DNA from: Eledone cirrhosa
Lineage: Eukaryota
Reading direction: 5' to 3'
Length of the DNA stretch: 64,000 nt
Assembly (NCBI GenBank): GCA_964016885.1
Contig: OZ024742.1
Coordinates: 289,292,001-289,356,000, forward strand
The notes beneath the pieces were generated by a model. That model was not told the origin of the DNA, made no database searches, and saw only the letters and a list, made by a program, of their open reading frames with translations. Shown in pieces: positions 12,472 through 26,820 of the stretch; position 1 is the stretch's first letter, and the number at the start of each line of letters is the position of its first letter. The translations under genes and the position numbers were made by a program.

Positions 12472-12689
12472 ACATTTAAACTGGCTGTATCTGACCAGAA
12501 TTCTCTCACCTGTTTTTGTTCAAACCGGCTGTAACTGGCTGCTCATATTTATGTTAATGTATTGTTCTCAAAATAAATAACATCAAAATTTCATAGATTC
12601 AATATTATGTGAGATAATTATATGAGGTAAACCCTTTACCGCGAAAATATAATAGTAAATATAGAGTAATGTAAATTTTAAAGGGTTAA
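12472..12689 (-). mobile_element. piggyBac-type MITE
   Basis: Family body; AAAGGG-TTAA end. Confidence 0.8.
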
Positions 12690-13514
12690 ACAACTTCTGG
12701 TTCTACAATACAAAGCTGCCTGTTTTAAAGTGTTCATACTTATGTTAAAATTTTCTATCATCATTTTTTGTAAACACTTTTTGTTAAGTTACAATCCAAA
12801 AACCAACTTAATGTTGAGAAAGTTAGTTATATTTCTAAATGTTGATCATTTTCAAAATTAATTGAAACACACTGGCAGTGCCTTTCATTATAAATATTGT
12901 GACAAAGTGCAATTCCATCTTTATGCATGAAATTGCATGAGAAGGTGGCTGAAGAGGTCTAAGGATTCAGTTGTCTGTCTTGTGTAACTGTTTTTCTGTA
13001 TGCATTTGCTGATACTATATATATATATATATACACACATGCATGTGTGTGTGTTGTTTTTACAGATCACACCTATGTAGATTTAGCTGGTCTGCTATGG
13101 GAGTGGGTATATCTCATATACAGTGTTTCAATGATAGCGGACCCTAATCCTATGATGTCACTATTTTTCTGGTGCCAAGATATGTTATTTGAACTCAGAA
13201 CACTTAGAGCTAGTACAGATAATAACTCAGCCAACACTCTAACAATTCTACCTATCCACCACAATATATCAGTCCTTTATTTATAGACTCTAGAGGGTTA
13301 AAACACGTCTAAGGGGTTACATTAGTAAGATTTCTTCATTAATTCTTTTCTTAGTCTGGTGGTCTATATCACCCACCACCATAATAATCGGTGCTGTCAG
13401 ATGGATTGTATCGGAATGTAAAGTTCCAACATTTTCACACACTGTGCCATGCTGAATCTCCCTGAGAATTATATTATGAATATACATACCTGTGGAGTGC
13501 TTAGGCACTTAGAC

Positions 13515-14248
13515 TATAATATAATTGGACGAAGCACGTCTCTAAAATTGTCAAGAAGACCGAGGGTGTCTTAGCATCACTCAGCAAGACCTTTGTCAGC
13601 CGCTCTCCAGCTATCTATTTAAAGCTGTACATGGCTATGGTGCGGCCACACTTAGAATTTGCATCACCAGTCTGGAACCCCTATCTTGCTCAGAACATTG
13701 ACCACCTGGAAAGTGTTCAGAGACGTGCAACCAAGCGAATACCCTCCATCAGGCATCTACCATACTCTGAACGCCTTGCTTCCCTGGGCATGGATACATT
13801 GAAGCTCCGACTCCTGGCAACTGACTTGCTAAACACCCACAAAATTATTAACCATCTTGCCAACAACAACCCTGAGTACCTTTTTGATTTCCATGTGTCT
13901 AACACATGTGGGCATGCTCACAAAGTCAGAAAACAGCACAGTTCCCATGACTTTCGGAAACATTTTTTCATGCTAAGGGTTGCTGAAGCATGGAACAAAC
14001 TACCTGCATCAGTTGTTAGCTGTCGAAACACTGCATCCTTTAAAACCTCCATGCTTCCTGAGATTCGCCAGCACTACACCTAATATTCCCCCTCCATACA
14101 CATACACACATGTATATCATGACTCATACACTATTCACTTCCCTGACATTTGTATATTATTCTATGTACTATACATGCCCCTTTGACGAGTTGTAGTGCA
14201 CCTGAGCACTTTACACAATAATTTCATTATAATTATTATTATTATTAT
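13515..14248 (+). mobile_element. CR1-clade LINE 3' end
   Basis: ORF 13631-14083 VRPHLEFASPVWNPY...LESVQRRATK...FFMLRVAEAWNKLP, typical CR1 C-terminus; (ATT)n tail. Confidence 0.85.
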
Positions 14249-14384
14249 AAGATGGGCTGTACCTGTAATTCAAAGGACCAACCTTGTCACACACTGTCAT
14301 GCTGAATCTCCGTAAGGATTGCACTAACTCTGATCTGTTCACTAATAAAGATATTATAAACATTTGAATTAACAAACCTGTTTG

Positions 14385-14570
14385 TGGTATGGTGTGAAAT
14401 GTGTGGTGTAGCGTAGTATAGTATAGTGTGATGTGGTGTGATGTAGTTAGTGTAATATGATGTAGTATGGTGTGGTGTGATGGGGTAATATGTTGTGATG
14501 TGATGTGGTGGTGTGTTGTGATGTGGTGAGTGGATGTGTGTGATTTTGTGTGATGTAGTGTGGTAAATAG
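14385..14570. repeat. Degenerate (GTGTG/ATGTG/GTAGT)n pentamer tract
   Basis: Visible low-complexity periodicity. Confidence 0.8.
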
Positions 14571-14896
14571 TATGCATGTTTGCCATACTTTGTGGAAAAT
14601 AATAATGTTTATTTTTCAAACTTGAGACTTAATTAAGTCTGTTAATTAGGAGTTGATAATTTTAACTGTTCTGTACAACATGAAGCCACATTAGCAAGAT
14701 ATTTATGAAAAATACAAAACAGAACTATGGCTGCATCACATAAACATTAAACCTTTAGTCTAATAGTTCGAGTTTGTACAATTATCTGACCACTAGTAAA
14801 GATACTATGGACATTTCAATTAACAAACCTGGTTTATTTTTATTTGGTTAAATAGTAACTTGAGTATAATCCAGACAATATTAGGACATTATTATT

Positions 14897-15470
14897 GTGG
14901 ATTGGCAGTATCGGTAGAGGGTTGGACACCATGCTTTGAAGCATAGTTACCTCCCTTTATGATCTGAGTTCAAATCCCGCCGAGGTTAACTTTGCCTTTC
15001 ATCCTTACGGGGTTGATAAAATAAAGTACCAGTAATACACTGGGATAATTGTTGGCCTTGTGCCAAAAGTAGAAACAATTATTATTAGTGCAGTATCGGT
15101 AGAGGGTCGGGCTCCATGCTTTGACGCATAAAGTTACGGCCCTTGCCATTCTGAGTTCAAATCACGCCGAGGTTAACTTTGCCTTTCATCCTTACGGGGT
15201 CGATAAAATAAAGTACCAGTAATGCACTGGATAATTGCTGGCCTTGTGCCTAAAGTAGAAACAATTATATTATTAATAGTGCCGGACAGCATGCTTTGTG
15301 GTATTTAGTTACAACATTCTAATGTATTGAGTTCAAATCCTTTCGAAGTTAGCTTTGCCTTTCATCCTTATGGGGTTGATAAAATAAAGTACCAGTCACC
15401 CACTGGAGTCGATGTAATCAACTTTCTCCTCCCCCAAAATTGCTGGCCTTGTGCCTAAATCAGAAACCAT
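14897..15470 (+). mobile_element. Three tandem tRNA-derived SINEs with a Nin/Deu-like central domain
   Basis: TGGCAGTATCGGTAGAG (A box), GAGTTCAAATCC (B box), GCCTTTCATCCTTACGGGGTCGATAAAATAAAGTACCAG, (ATT)n tails. Confidence 0.85.
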
Positions 15471-15495
15471 GTGTGATTTCAAATCAGAATATAAA

Positions 15496-16192
15496 AGGCC
15501 ATAACTCTATGCTGCAAAGTATGTCGTCCGTTCTCTACCGATACTGCCAATCCACAATGATAAAGATTTAGTGTGTTATTTGAAGGAAATTGGCATTTCA
15601 CCAAATATAACCACTCTGCAAAAAATCTGCTTTGTTGGAAACTGCAAACATTCTGTGCAAAGTGTTTTTAATCTGAAGTCATTTGACTTGATTGAGAGAT
15701 TAAATATCATCACCAGTCTAAGAACTGAGCAAGCTTAGAATAATAATGATAATATTGTTTCTACTTTTGGCACAAGGCCAGCAATTATCTCAGTGCATTA
15801 CTGGTACTATATTTTATCGACCCCGTAAGGATGAAAGGCAAAGTTAACCTCGGCAGGATTTGAACTCAGACCATAAGGGGCCGTAACTCTATGCTGCAAA
15901 GCATGACGTCCAACCCTCTACCGATACTGCCAATCCGCTGCCCTTTTAATATTAATAATAATAATAATAATAATAATTGTTTCTACTTTAGGCACAAAGC
16001 CAGCAATTTAAGGGGAGGGGAAAGTTGATTAAATCGACCCCAGTGCATTACTGGTACTTTATTTTATCGACCCCCATAAGGATGAAAGGCAAAGTTAACC
16101 TTGGCGGGATTTGAACTCAGAATGACAAGGGCCGTAACTCTATGCGTCAAAGCATGGCGTCCGACCCTCTACTGATACTGCCAATCCACCAC
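15496..16192 (-). mobile_element. Same SINE family on the - strand: one 5' fragment and two full copies (15752-15938, 15972-16192)
   Basis: Reverse complements of the 14897-15470 units. Confidence 0.85.
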
Positions 16193-16824
16193 CCTTTTAA
16201 TAATAATAATAAACATTGTAGATGAGTGATTTTAACAATTTAAAAAACACAAAAACTGTTAAATCCATTTTTGTTTTATTTTGTGATACCAAAATTTTCA
16301 TTACACTTTCTACAACCTGGTCACAGACACAGTTCCATTGCATCCCTTCTCTCTTTCTGTGTATTTTATACAATAATATTAGGGTGGGAAAAGGGTGTAG
16401 AAAGGGAGGTAGTAACCTGTGGAGATAAATATTAAGTATTTGGGCTGGTGACTGATAAGTTAACAAGTTGATTATATCATTGGATTGCTATGTTAGTAAT
16501 TGAAGAGAGCTCATTAATTGAGCCAGAGATAACGAGGATTAATTAACATCATCCATATATACAGCTTGTTTTAACTCCAGTTTTCAACACATCCAAACTT
16601 ATATTTTTTTACATCTATTTATCATCTGTCTAAGTCTGAAGGACTTAAATATATCAATCTTTTTAAGACCGACACGAATATTTAAGGGGGATCCCAGCTG
16701 AGAAATTTTTGACATAGATCAATTTTAAATATTGCTTGAGATAAAAAATATTCTTTTTTCTCTTACTACTACTACTGCTACTCACTGAGGGTCTGGGCAA
16801 CATAGATAACATTTATTCAGTTGC

Positions 16825-17080
16825 TATATATTTGTATGTATGTATATGTATGCATGTATTTGTATGTATATTTAGGTGTGTGTATGTATATGTATGTATG
16901 TGTTTGCATTTATTTGTATGTATATGTAGGTGTGTATATATGTATGCATTTATTTGATTTTATATATATATGTATGTGTGTGTGTTTGCAGGTATGGATG
17001 TTATTGCATGTGTGGATCTGTATATTTTGAGTTATGTACCCATGCTTATGTTTCTGTATCTATATATGTGTATATGCAGT
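16825..17080. repeat. (TATG/TG)n compound microsatellite
   Basis: Direct observation. Confidence 0.85.
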
Positions 17081-18164
17081 TATTACATGCTGAATTTCTG
17101 AAAATGTTTTACAGTTCCATTAATGGATTGTACTTAAAACTTCCTAGCTAGCAGTGTTCTTTTTGGATCTGTGGAGCTCAGCTTCTCAAGATTTGTACTT
17201 TGGTAATAAGTAACATATCCCAGAGCCCCAGTGATCACGGATACAAATTTAAAGATATAGTCAGGGTAGAGTATCTTTAGATTTTCCATTAGTTCAGATC
17301 AGCACAAATGTTCTCCTTTTCGCTAACCTTTAGCATTATATTGACATCTGCTGCACAGCTGATTCCTGCTACTATGCATACCTTCTTTTTCTCTGTCTCA
17401 CATCACTATGTCTGGTTTGTTATGCTTGCATTTTATTGGGGTTTTGACTGGAACATTTCAACAGTACTTTTTCATATGATATATGCATATGTCCTCTACA
17501 TCAATCTAACTTCTCATGTTTATTCTCAAGACTATCCTTTCTATGGATTGTATCATATAATATTTTGGCCACAGCATCATGCCTCATAAGTAGATAATAT
17601 CGTGATGACATATGCTTATGATGTGGGTGACATATTCAATGTTTATTTCACAGAGTCTGCATCTGTTGTCACATCTCTATCTCTTTTGTGCATCAGGCAT
17701 TTCATTGTTATTTCCAGTTGTTGGTCCAAGATAGATTACTTTACTTTCCTATATTACTCTCACTTTGAAGCTTTCTGGCAACATACCCATACATGATTTT
17801 TTGCTGATAAGCATGCAGCCTTTTCATCCATGGATTCATTGCAGTATTACTGTAAGTTTTTGATTATCATTCAACGAGCTCCTTCCTAACTCTCATGATG
17901 TTATCTGTCTCATGTGGTCAGATTGTTCTATAGAAGGGCGTTTACACTTTATAGTATGTAAATGTTGTTGGAGAGTTATGATATGTCATTCAAATGCTGT
18001 TTGAATTGATGTTAAGGTTTTGCCTCACTGTTTGCGGTTCAGATAGAGGTGTCACTGTTGATGTGGAAATTTCCAGTGTCATTACTTTTCGGGTTTTAAC
18101 ATTCAAATCTCATCTAGCATTCAGTCAAGTAGTCCAAATGATGGTGGCAGCACATGTATTATTA

Positions 18165-18348
18165 TTGTATCAGTAGAGGGTCGGACGCCATGCTTTGACG
18201 CATGGAGTTACGGCCCTTTCCATTCTGAGTTCAAATCCCGCTGAGGTTAACTTTGCCTTTCATCCTTACGGGGTCGATAAAATAAAGTACCAGTAATGCA
18301 CTGAGTAATTGCTGGCCTTGTGCCAAAAGTAGAAACAATTATTATTAT
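18165..18348 (+). mobile_element. Nin/Deu-like tRNA SINE
   Basis: Near-identical to 51202-51389. Confidence 0.85.
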
Positions 18349-18540
18349 TAAAGGGACATAACCCTGATTGAAAGCACAAATATTATCATCATGTCCGCAA
18401 TCCAAACAGATGATTCTCTGTTGGGATTATATCATATCTTTCAATCTACTCTGCATCTAAACATATATTGAGTTATACCTTGATTTGTGGTCTTTCTAGT
18501 CCCTGAACCATGTGTGTGTGTGTATATATATATATATGTC

Positions 18541-18591
18541 AGTTTCAGAAAATCCCGTTAAGGGTGAAAGCAGCGATTCTTTGCTTAAACT
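18541..18591 (+). ncRNA. Degenerate hammerhead-like fold
   Basis: AGTTT/AAACT stem I, CAGAAAA (consensus CTGANGA), CCC-gttaa-GGG stem II, GAAA, AGCA/TGCT stem III. Core is mutated. Confidence 0.4.
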
Positions 18592-18611
18592 TTAATCTGT
18601 TATTTTAATAA

Positions 18612-18641
<30 letters not shown>

Positions 18642-18644
<3 letters not shown>

Positions 18645-19030
18645 GTAAAACCTACTACAGCCAGTAGGCATCTCTAACAAAATACACCCCGTCCCACCCA
18701 CCTCACCCCATCCACACCACCCCCTTCTATGTAAAGTTATGTTGGTGCCACACCATCCAGGCCGAAACAAATGAGATCGTGTAGGTGTCACGACAAAAAA
18801 ACACACAGTCCACGCTGTAATGTGGCCGTGTAGGCAACACGGTAAAAACCTCCCAGACCCACACTGTAAATGTGGTTGGTGTTAGGAAGGGCATCCAACT
18901 GTAGAAAACCTGCCAGACAGTCCTATGCGAGCAAGACAATCACTCTTGCCTCAAGTGGGAATACCCCCGTCCAAACTCATGCAAGCGTGGAACAGGGACG
19001 TTAAACAATGATGATGATGATGATGATGAT
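18642..19030 (+). mobile_element. RTE 3'UTR-only insertion
   Basis: Nearly identical to 6140-6528; (TA)n on both sides. Confidence 0.9.
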
Positions 19031-19054
19031 ATATATACATATATATATATATAT

Positions 19055-19807
<753 letters not shown>

Positions 19808-20019
19808 TATATATATATAAAGTAAAAGTGGAAATGCACCAAAGTTTTTAAAGAATCTTTTTCTTTAATCAAACAAAAGAAATATTCCTGTATTTGGTAC
19901 ATCAAATGAATTTAAGTTTTTAATTAATTTATATTAATAAATTCACTGTCCATCAATGATGAAGCCTTTTTGATGCGTACCAGTAATTCAAATTGGTATG
20001 TGTCTAACCACAATATTTA

Positions 20020-20430
20020 ACTGCAATTATTCTATAGTCATGGTGGATGTTTGTATATAAATTACCAACGTTGAAGGAAACAAAAACTGTGTTCACTAAC
20101 TGTTTTTGGTAGGTGATTCAGCATGTCTAAATCATCTCATATGTAACTCTGTACATGTTTTAGGTAGGGCTTTAAAAGAATATCCAGGAAGTTACTCAGT
20201 TTGTGTGTTTCATATGCAGTGTCTGCTCTAGTTGGTCTTAGCTTTAAATCGTCTGGATGTATTTGGTTTTCAAGGTTTTACAAGCATCATTTATCAGTTT
20301 GCATTTATATATTTTAACTGGGCCATAAAAGATGCTAGTCTTGTGTCTGAAGTGGCTTATGTAGTCAAGTTCTTTCATAGTTAAGCCTTTGTTGTATTTA
20401 TTTAGTAAGATTAGTATATTTTCCATTATT
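20020..20430 (-). pseudogene. Penelope-like element reverse transcriptase fragment
   Basis: Manual translation: KTSIFYGPVKIYK (FYGLPKIHK-like), ETHKLSNFLDILLKPYLKHVQSYI*DDLDMLNHLP, VSFNVGNLYTNI (motif A-like); stops and frameshifts. Confidence 0.85.
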
Positions 20431-20638
20431 TTTTAATGTTTGTAGTTTATATACCAGTCCAGGGTGGATTAGTGAAATTGTTAGAGCATCAGACAAGATG
20501 TCCAGCTGTTTGTGTTCTGAATTCAAACCTTGCTGTGGCCTACTTGGGTGGTAGATTTTTTTCCCTCACCATTGCCTGGCCCATTGATGCTTTTAGCAGA
20601 ATTCACTATGTTACTGGTATTTGGACCAGGTCTCTGGC

Positions 20639-20865
20639 TTAACCTTTTAGCATTTACATTACTTTATTATATTTTCATGGTAAAGGGTTTATCTCGCATA
20701 ATTATCTCACATAGTATTGAATGTACAAGATTTTGATGATGTTATTATTTATTTTTAGAACAATACTTTAATGCCAGTATGAGTGGCTGGGTTATGGCCA
20801 GTTTGAACAGAAAGAGTTGAGAGAATTTTAGCCGGATATGGCCGGTTTAAATGCTAAAGGGTTAA
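20639..20865 (+). mobile_element. piggyBac-type MITE
   Basis: TTAA TSDs, CCTTTTAGCATTTA/TAAATGCTAAAGGG TIRs. Confidence 0.9.
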
Positions 20866-22690
20866 AGATATCTCCCTCCTTCCCACCAATCTCAGAGTCC
20901 TGACTAAACAGTAAAAAGAAAAATCTAAGAAATTAATAAAACATTCTTTAACCTCTTGTAAATACATTTTGAATTATCAGAGAATATTGGTAAGTAGAAC
21001 TAGTTGTTAATCTAAGTGGTTATATTTGACATTCTCAACTCTAGAAATGTTGACTTAATGTAACACAATTCCCACTAGATTTAAAATTTCTCAACTGTTA
21101 AATCTAAATTATAGCCATGTTCATACTCCAGGAAGAGAATATATTTCACTCTAGTTTGTTGTGGAAGATTTATTTCACTACAATACCTTCTTAAAATTCT
21201 TTCATACCCCATTACCATTCCCTTTTCAAAATTAGTTCCATCTGGTGACATGTCAACAAAAAAATACTAGCTAGTACCTTCCAGGAATTCCTTCACACCT
21301 CAATACATTAGCTCTTGCGTTGCCATATTTTTAATGAAGACACTGCCTATGATTTTCAAATTATTTTTTAAATAATTGAGATTTTGGAAGGATTTAGTAA
21401 TATAACTAATTTTCTCATTAAGTTGTTGTTTTGAATAAAACTCAACAAAGATTCTTACATGAAATTATGATGGATAGTTTTAAAATAAATATAAACAGAG
21501 GGTTGTCTCAGTTGATTTAAAAAAACAAAACAGAATTAGCTGTGACATGAATGCTACCATTTAAAATAAAATTTCGCCAGAGATAGATTAGCAAAATTTA
21601 ATTATTTGAGACCCAAGAGTAGCTTAAATGTTGTGACTATAACAACCAAGATTGGTCTGAATATATCAGTGTATAATAATGGTAATAATTCCTCTGAAGA
21701 AAGCTGCAATATTGTGACTATAACAACCAAGATGAAAACACTAGTCTGAATATATCCTCATCATCGTTGTCATTTTAATGTCCACTTTCCCTGCTAGCAA
21801 GGGTTGGACGGGTCTATATAGACCAAGTCAGTACTGAAGCAGAGCCACTGTCTCCCAGGTAGGCCAGGGACCTGTCTCTCGATTTATGTACGGTCGACGC
21901 TACACTGAGTGCACAGGAGAGGCTGTCATGTCCTTGACACAGCTGAAGGGTCCTCATGACTGTTTGTCTGGCAAGTTTTCTATGGTTGGAAGCCCATCCT
22001 ATCACCAACCACTTTACAGCATGTACTGGGTGTGTATATCCTTTAGATCACCAAATACTAGGGAGGATGTCATGTTCTTGCCTTGACTGAAGAGTCCTCT
22101 TAACCCTTTGTTTGTTTAGCTCCCACAGCTGAATGCATTTCCTATCACGAACCACTTCACAAGAGGGGAGGCAGCTGCTTGGAATAGGAGTTGAAATATT
22201 GATGTTGAGGATAACCGTTGGGGAGTGCTAGTGGAGGCTGGGCCATGGGTGTATAATAATTTTACTTCTAAAGATGGTCACAGGATACAACAGGTGAAAT
22301 GTTGTTGCTGTAACAACCAAAATAAAGACCCTAGCCTGAATATCTCGGTGTATAGTAATGCTAATTCCTAATCTCAGAAATCCCAGTCAAAACAATTCCA
22401 GTATGAATTTCTAACCAAAGATAATAAAATATATATTTGGCTAGCTTTATCTATAAAGTTCAAGCAACGATTTTCTGGCAGTATCTTGTTACTAAATTTA
22501 AAATAAAACATTTTTATGTATAAACCTCTAGCTGTGAGTTGTGAGAATAGGTGAGGTTGTTGGTGGGTTGGCTAGGTATACTTCACTGCAGATGGTAATG
22601 GTATTGTGGTTGGGAAGAAAGAGCTGTAGTATGGTAATATAGACTTGATAGCAAATAGATTTTAGTGGGAAGAAACAGTTAATAATAGAT

Positions 22691-22731
<41 letters not shown>

Positions 22732-22734
22732 TAT

Positions 22735-23370
22735 GCAGGTAGGTTCTATAGAAGTGGTTGATAGCTTCCAATACTTAGGTGATCAGATTAGCATGAGAGG
22801 GTGTTCCGAGGCCATAGTATCTAGAATAAGGACGGGTTTCAAGAAGTTTAGGGAGCTGCTTCCTCTGTTGACAAAGAAGGGTTTCTCCCTGCGTACGAAA
22901 GGATGGTTATATGATGCCTGTGTAAGTTGCGCGATGCTGCATGGTAGTGAGACATGGGCAGCAACTGCAGAGGATATGCGACAGCTGGAGAGAAATGAAG
23001 CAAGTATGCTCCGTTGGATGTGCAATGTCAATGTGTGTGAACGACCGAGCATAGACGAGTTGAGAAAGAAACTGGGTATAAGAGGGATAAGTTGTGGTGT
23101 GCAGGAGAGAAGGCTGAGATGGTATGGACATGTGATGCGCATGGAGGATGACCGCTGGGTAAAGAAATGCCAAGAAATGCTAGTAGAAGGAAGACGCAGT
23201 AGAGGTTGACCACGAAAAACATGGGCGGAGGTGGTGAGAGCAGACCTCAGATCGCTGAAACTCACCGAGGAGATGACGAAGGACCTTGACAAGAGGACAG
23301 ATGCTGTGCTGAATAGGACCCGTCCAACCCTTGCAAGCAGGGAAAAGCAGACGTAAAATGATGATGATGA
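22735..23370 (+). mobile_element. RTE 3' fragment (different subfamily)
   Basis: ORF 22694-23209 (FQYLG, MLHGSETW, RRLRWYGHV); (GAT)n tail. Confidence 0.9.
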
Positions 23371-23629
23371 TTTTGATGATACACACATAGCATAACAGCA
23401 GATAAGCTATGTAAGAAATGTGTATAGTGTGTGTGTATATATAGTGTGTATGTGTGTGTGTGTGTGTGTGAAGGCCTCTAAACATTAATACACACATGCA
23501 ATGAGGAATGCTACTGTTCCAAACTAACCACAAAGAACTCATAAGAAAATATGAAAAATCCTTAATAAAAATTATCAAACTGGAGCACAGTTGCATTTTC
23601 AATATATGTTTGAAAGGAAAGCTGTTCCC

Positions 23630-25025
23630 ATGTGTGCGTGTAATCTCTGCATATGCCCCACAAGCTGAGCTTGCAGATGAACAAAAGACCACTTGTATGA
23701 GGACCATCTGCAGACTACCTCAACAACAAATGATGGTTGACATCGTTATCATGACTAGTGACTTCAATGGCCAAGTTGGGAAATATAGTGATAGCTTCCC
23801 TCGAGTACATGTAGGATACTGGTATGGTACAAAAAATGAGTAGGGTGTTTAGGCTTCTGGAGTTCTGCGATGTTCTCAACCTAACCATCTGCAACATGGA
23901 CGTCAAAAAAAAAAAATAGATTTCATCCTCACTAGAAAACAAGATAGATGACTGGTTATAAATACCAAGTCCTTCCTCAGTCAAGAATGTTCCTCCCAAC
24001 ATATATTAGTTGTAAGTAAGAGCTAAACGAACACAAATGAAAATCTAGGGGAAGACATGGATGCTGAAAGAACCCTCAGCTGGCAACACAGTCAGAGAAA
24101 TCCTACTTGATGCTTATGAGAGTAAGGAAGAGTAGATAGAGATCTATAGCATAGAGAAAAATTAGGAATTTCAATAAAACAATTTACTGAAAGCCACTGA
24201 CTACATCTATGGCTGGAGAAACATCCCAGCATGATGGAGTGTGATGGTGGAATGATAGGGTAGATAGAGCCATAGAAACAAAAAAGACAAGCATAGAAAT
24301 ACTGGAGGAAAGGAGGAAACAGAGCAATACCTAATATCTAGAAGATAAGCTAGACACCAGGTATACCTAGTAAGTGGAGAAGCAGAAAATAAATTTGCAT
24401 ATGTCCCATGTCATGAAGATAAGAGGTGTGAAGTGTTCCAGATTATGAGATAGTGTGTTGGAGAAAAGTGTGTCTGAAATGATAGTAAAGTACTTGCTCT
24501 GATTGACACTGAAAAGAAAGAGGCATGGAAGCCCTATTATGAAAGATTGCTGAATGAAGAGAATAAATGGGAAATGAGGGCCTACCTCATGTAGACCCAC
24601 CCAATAATATAGGTAGACCTCATGTAGACCCAACCAGCAATATAGGTAGACTATCTGGCATAGATACTGAGATGCTAAAAACATCTGGTATGGTAAGTTA
24701 TGAGCTAGTCAACTACATAGTTAATCAAGTAGGGCAGGATGGTGCCATGCCCAATGACTGGTGTTGCAGTATTATTGTAAACTACTACAAGAGCAAAGGA
24801 GATGCACTTGAGAGAGGTAACTACAGAGGTATCAAGTTGATGGACAGAGCCATGAAGGTTATGGAAAGAATTACAGCACAACTAATTAGAGAAAGAATCA
24901 AGCTGAATGAGATGCAGTTTGGCTTTATGCCAGGAAGGGGTACTACCAATGCTCTCTTCCTTGTAAGACAACTGCAGGAGAAGTACTTAGCTAAGAGTAA
25001 GCCTCTGTACCTGGCATTCATTGGT
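23630..25025 (+). mobile_element. Old degenerate RTE (endonuclease to RT N-terminus)
   Basis: VISAYAPQ, SDFNGQVG, NYRGIKL, MQFGFMPGRGTTNALF. Confidence 0.85.
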
Positions 25026-25749
25026 ACACTCTGTAAAGTGGTTAGTGGTAGGAAGGGCATCCAGCCATAGAAAACTTACCAAAGCATCAGGAGGATTCTT
25101 CAGTTAAAGACATAACAACTTCCCTAGTGTTGGTGATCTACACACTAAATGTACACAGTACATTTTGTAAAGTGGTTGGGGATAAGAAAGGCATCCAACC
25201 ATAACAAACTTGTCAAATAAAGTGTCAGGAGGACTCTTCAGCTGTATCAAAAACATGACAACCTCCCTGTGCTGGTGCCACAATTATATGCACTCAGTGA
25301 AGTGTAAGAACATATGTATGCAAGATGCAGGCCCCCTGCACATCTGAGGGGTCAGTAGCTTTGCTTGAGTACTGATTCAATATATGACAACCCATCCAAT
25401 CTTGCTAGCAGGAAAAACAGACATTAAAATGATGATTATGATATATACATCATCGTCGTCTTCATTTAACATCCATTTTCCTTGCTAGTAAATGTTGGAA
25501 TTTGTACTACTGACCTCACAGATGGACCAGAGAGCTGCACCTCTATTACATGGGTTTATGTACTCTGTAGAGTGCATTTTATCAGGGCACCAGGGTGGTT
25601 GACCTGTCTTTAACACACCTAAAAGTCCTCACAACCCTTTGTTAGGCAAGTTTTCTATGGCTGCATGCCCTTCTTTCCACTAACTACTTTACAGGGTGTA
25701 CCTGGTGTATGTATATATATATATATATTAGTATTGTATGTATATATAT

Positions 25750-26330
25750 ATATTAGTATTGGTGCTCTGAAATAACGATGTATACATGAATGTATATATA
25801 GTATATTTGGTAATATACCGTATGTTTAAAAACATTTAGAAGACGCTATGAGTTTTAAAGTAGTGACTATGTCACTTATTTTCGTCGAAAGTAAGGGAGA
25901 GTGATTGACAGTCTGTTTCTCGCTGATTAGTGTTTATCAAAACCACACACTCTCCTGCCTCCACTGAAAATTATAAAAATTGGATACTTATAGAATTCCA
26001 GTAATAATCAGCTGATTATACAGAATGATTGCTGGTCCAGCAAAAATTAGGTATTACTATTGGTGCTCTGAAATAGCGATCGGCAACCACTCTGTATAAT
26101 CAGCTCCTGATTATTACTGGAATTCTATAAGAATCCAATTTCCATAATTTTCGGCGGAGACAGGGGAGTGTTTGGTTTTGATAAACGCCAACCAGCGAGA
26201 AACAGACTGTCAATCACTCTCCCTTACTTTCGCCGAAAATAAGTAAGTGACATAGTCACTACTTTAAAACTAATAGCGAATGGTTTCTAAATGTTTTTAA
26301 TTAAATATAAGGTATATTGCCAAATATACT
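25750..26330. mobile_element. Fold-back element in (TA)n; arms ~25803-26023 and ~26091-26328, degenerate hammerhead in each arm
   Basis: Right arm: GAGTG..GTT-TTGATAA-aCGC-caacca-GCGa-GAAACAGACTGTC-AATCACTC (26166-26219). Confidence 0.7.
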
Positions 26331-26479
26331 ATACATACATTCATATATATATTTATGGTCTGCAATCTTTTGTTCAATATCTACAAAAGTGTAAGTCTTT
26401 TAATGATGTTTCCTTATATCTATGTTCATGTATATATGTGCATATGTATCAAGCAGAATGCTTTATTTCACTACCCTCT

Positions 26480-26820
26480 TCATGGTAGGACTGCTAAATC
26501 TACATTGGTTTGAGTGTGTTTGATATGATTTCAGTTCTTATCATTAAAACACATATGGGATGTATCTTAGTAGGAGGCCAGTTAAACCTGCATAGGTGTG
26601 AGCTGTAACAACATGTTAGGACAGGAACCCCCATCATTAAAACACCCAAGAAACCTTCTATGAGATGCGATCTTATAGGAGACAAGCTAATCCTATTATT
26701 AAAGCAGCCAAGAAACTTCTTGAACTGTAATAACACCAACATGTGCGTGTGACAAAACTTAGGACACTATCATAAAAACATCTGAGAAACCTACTGTTAA
26801 CCCTACATAAGTGTGTAATT
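26480..26820 (+). repeat. Tandem multimer of a ~110-bp SINE-tail-like unit (also 13060-13150, 32990-33330, 63235-63345)
   Basis: Recurring GTAGGAGGCCAGCTAAACCTACATAGGTGTGAGCTGTAACAAC-like motif and ATCATTAAAACAC. Confidence 0.65.
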
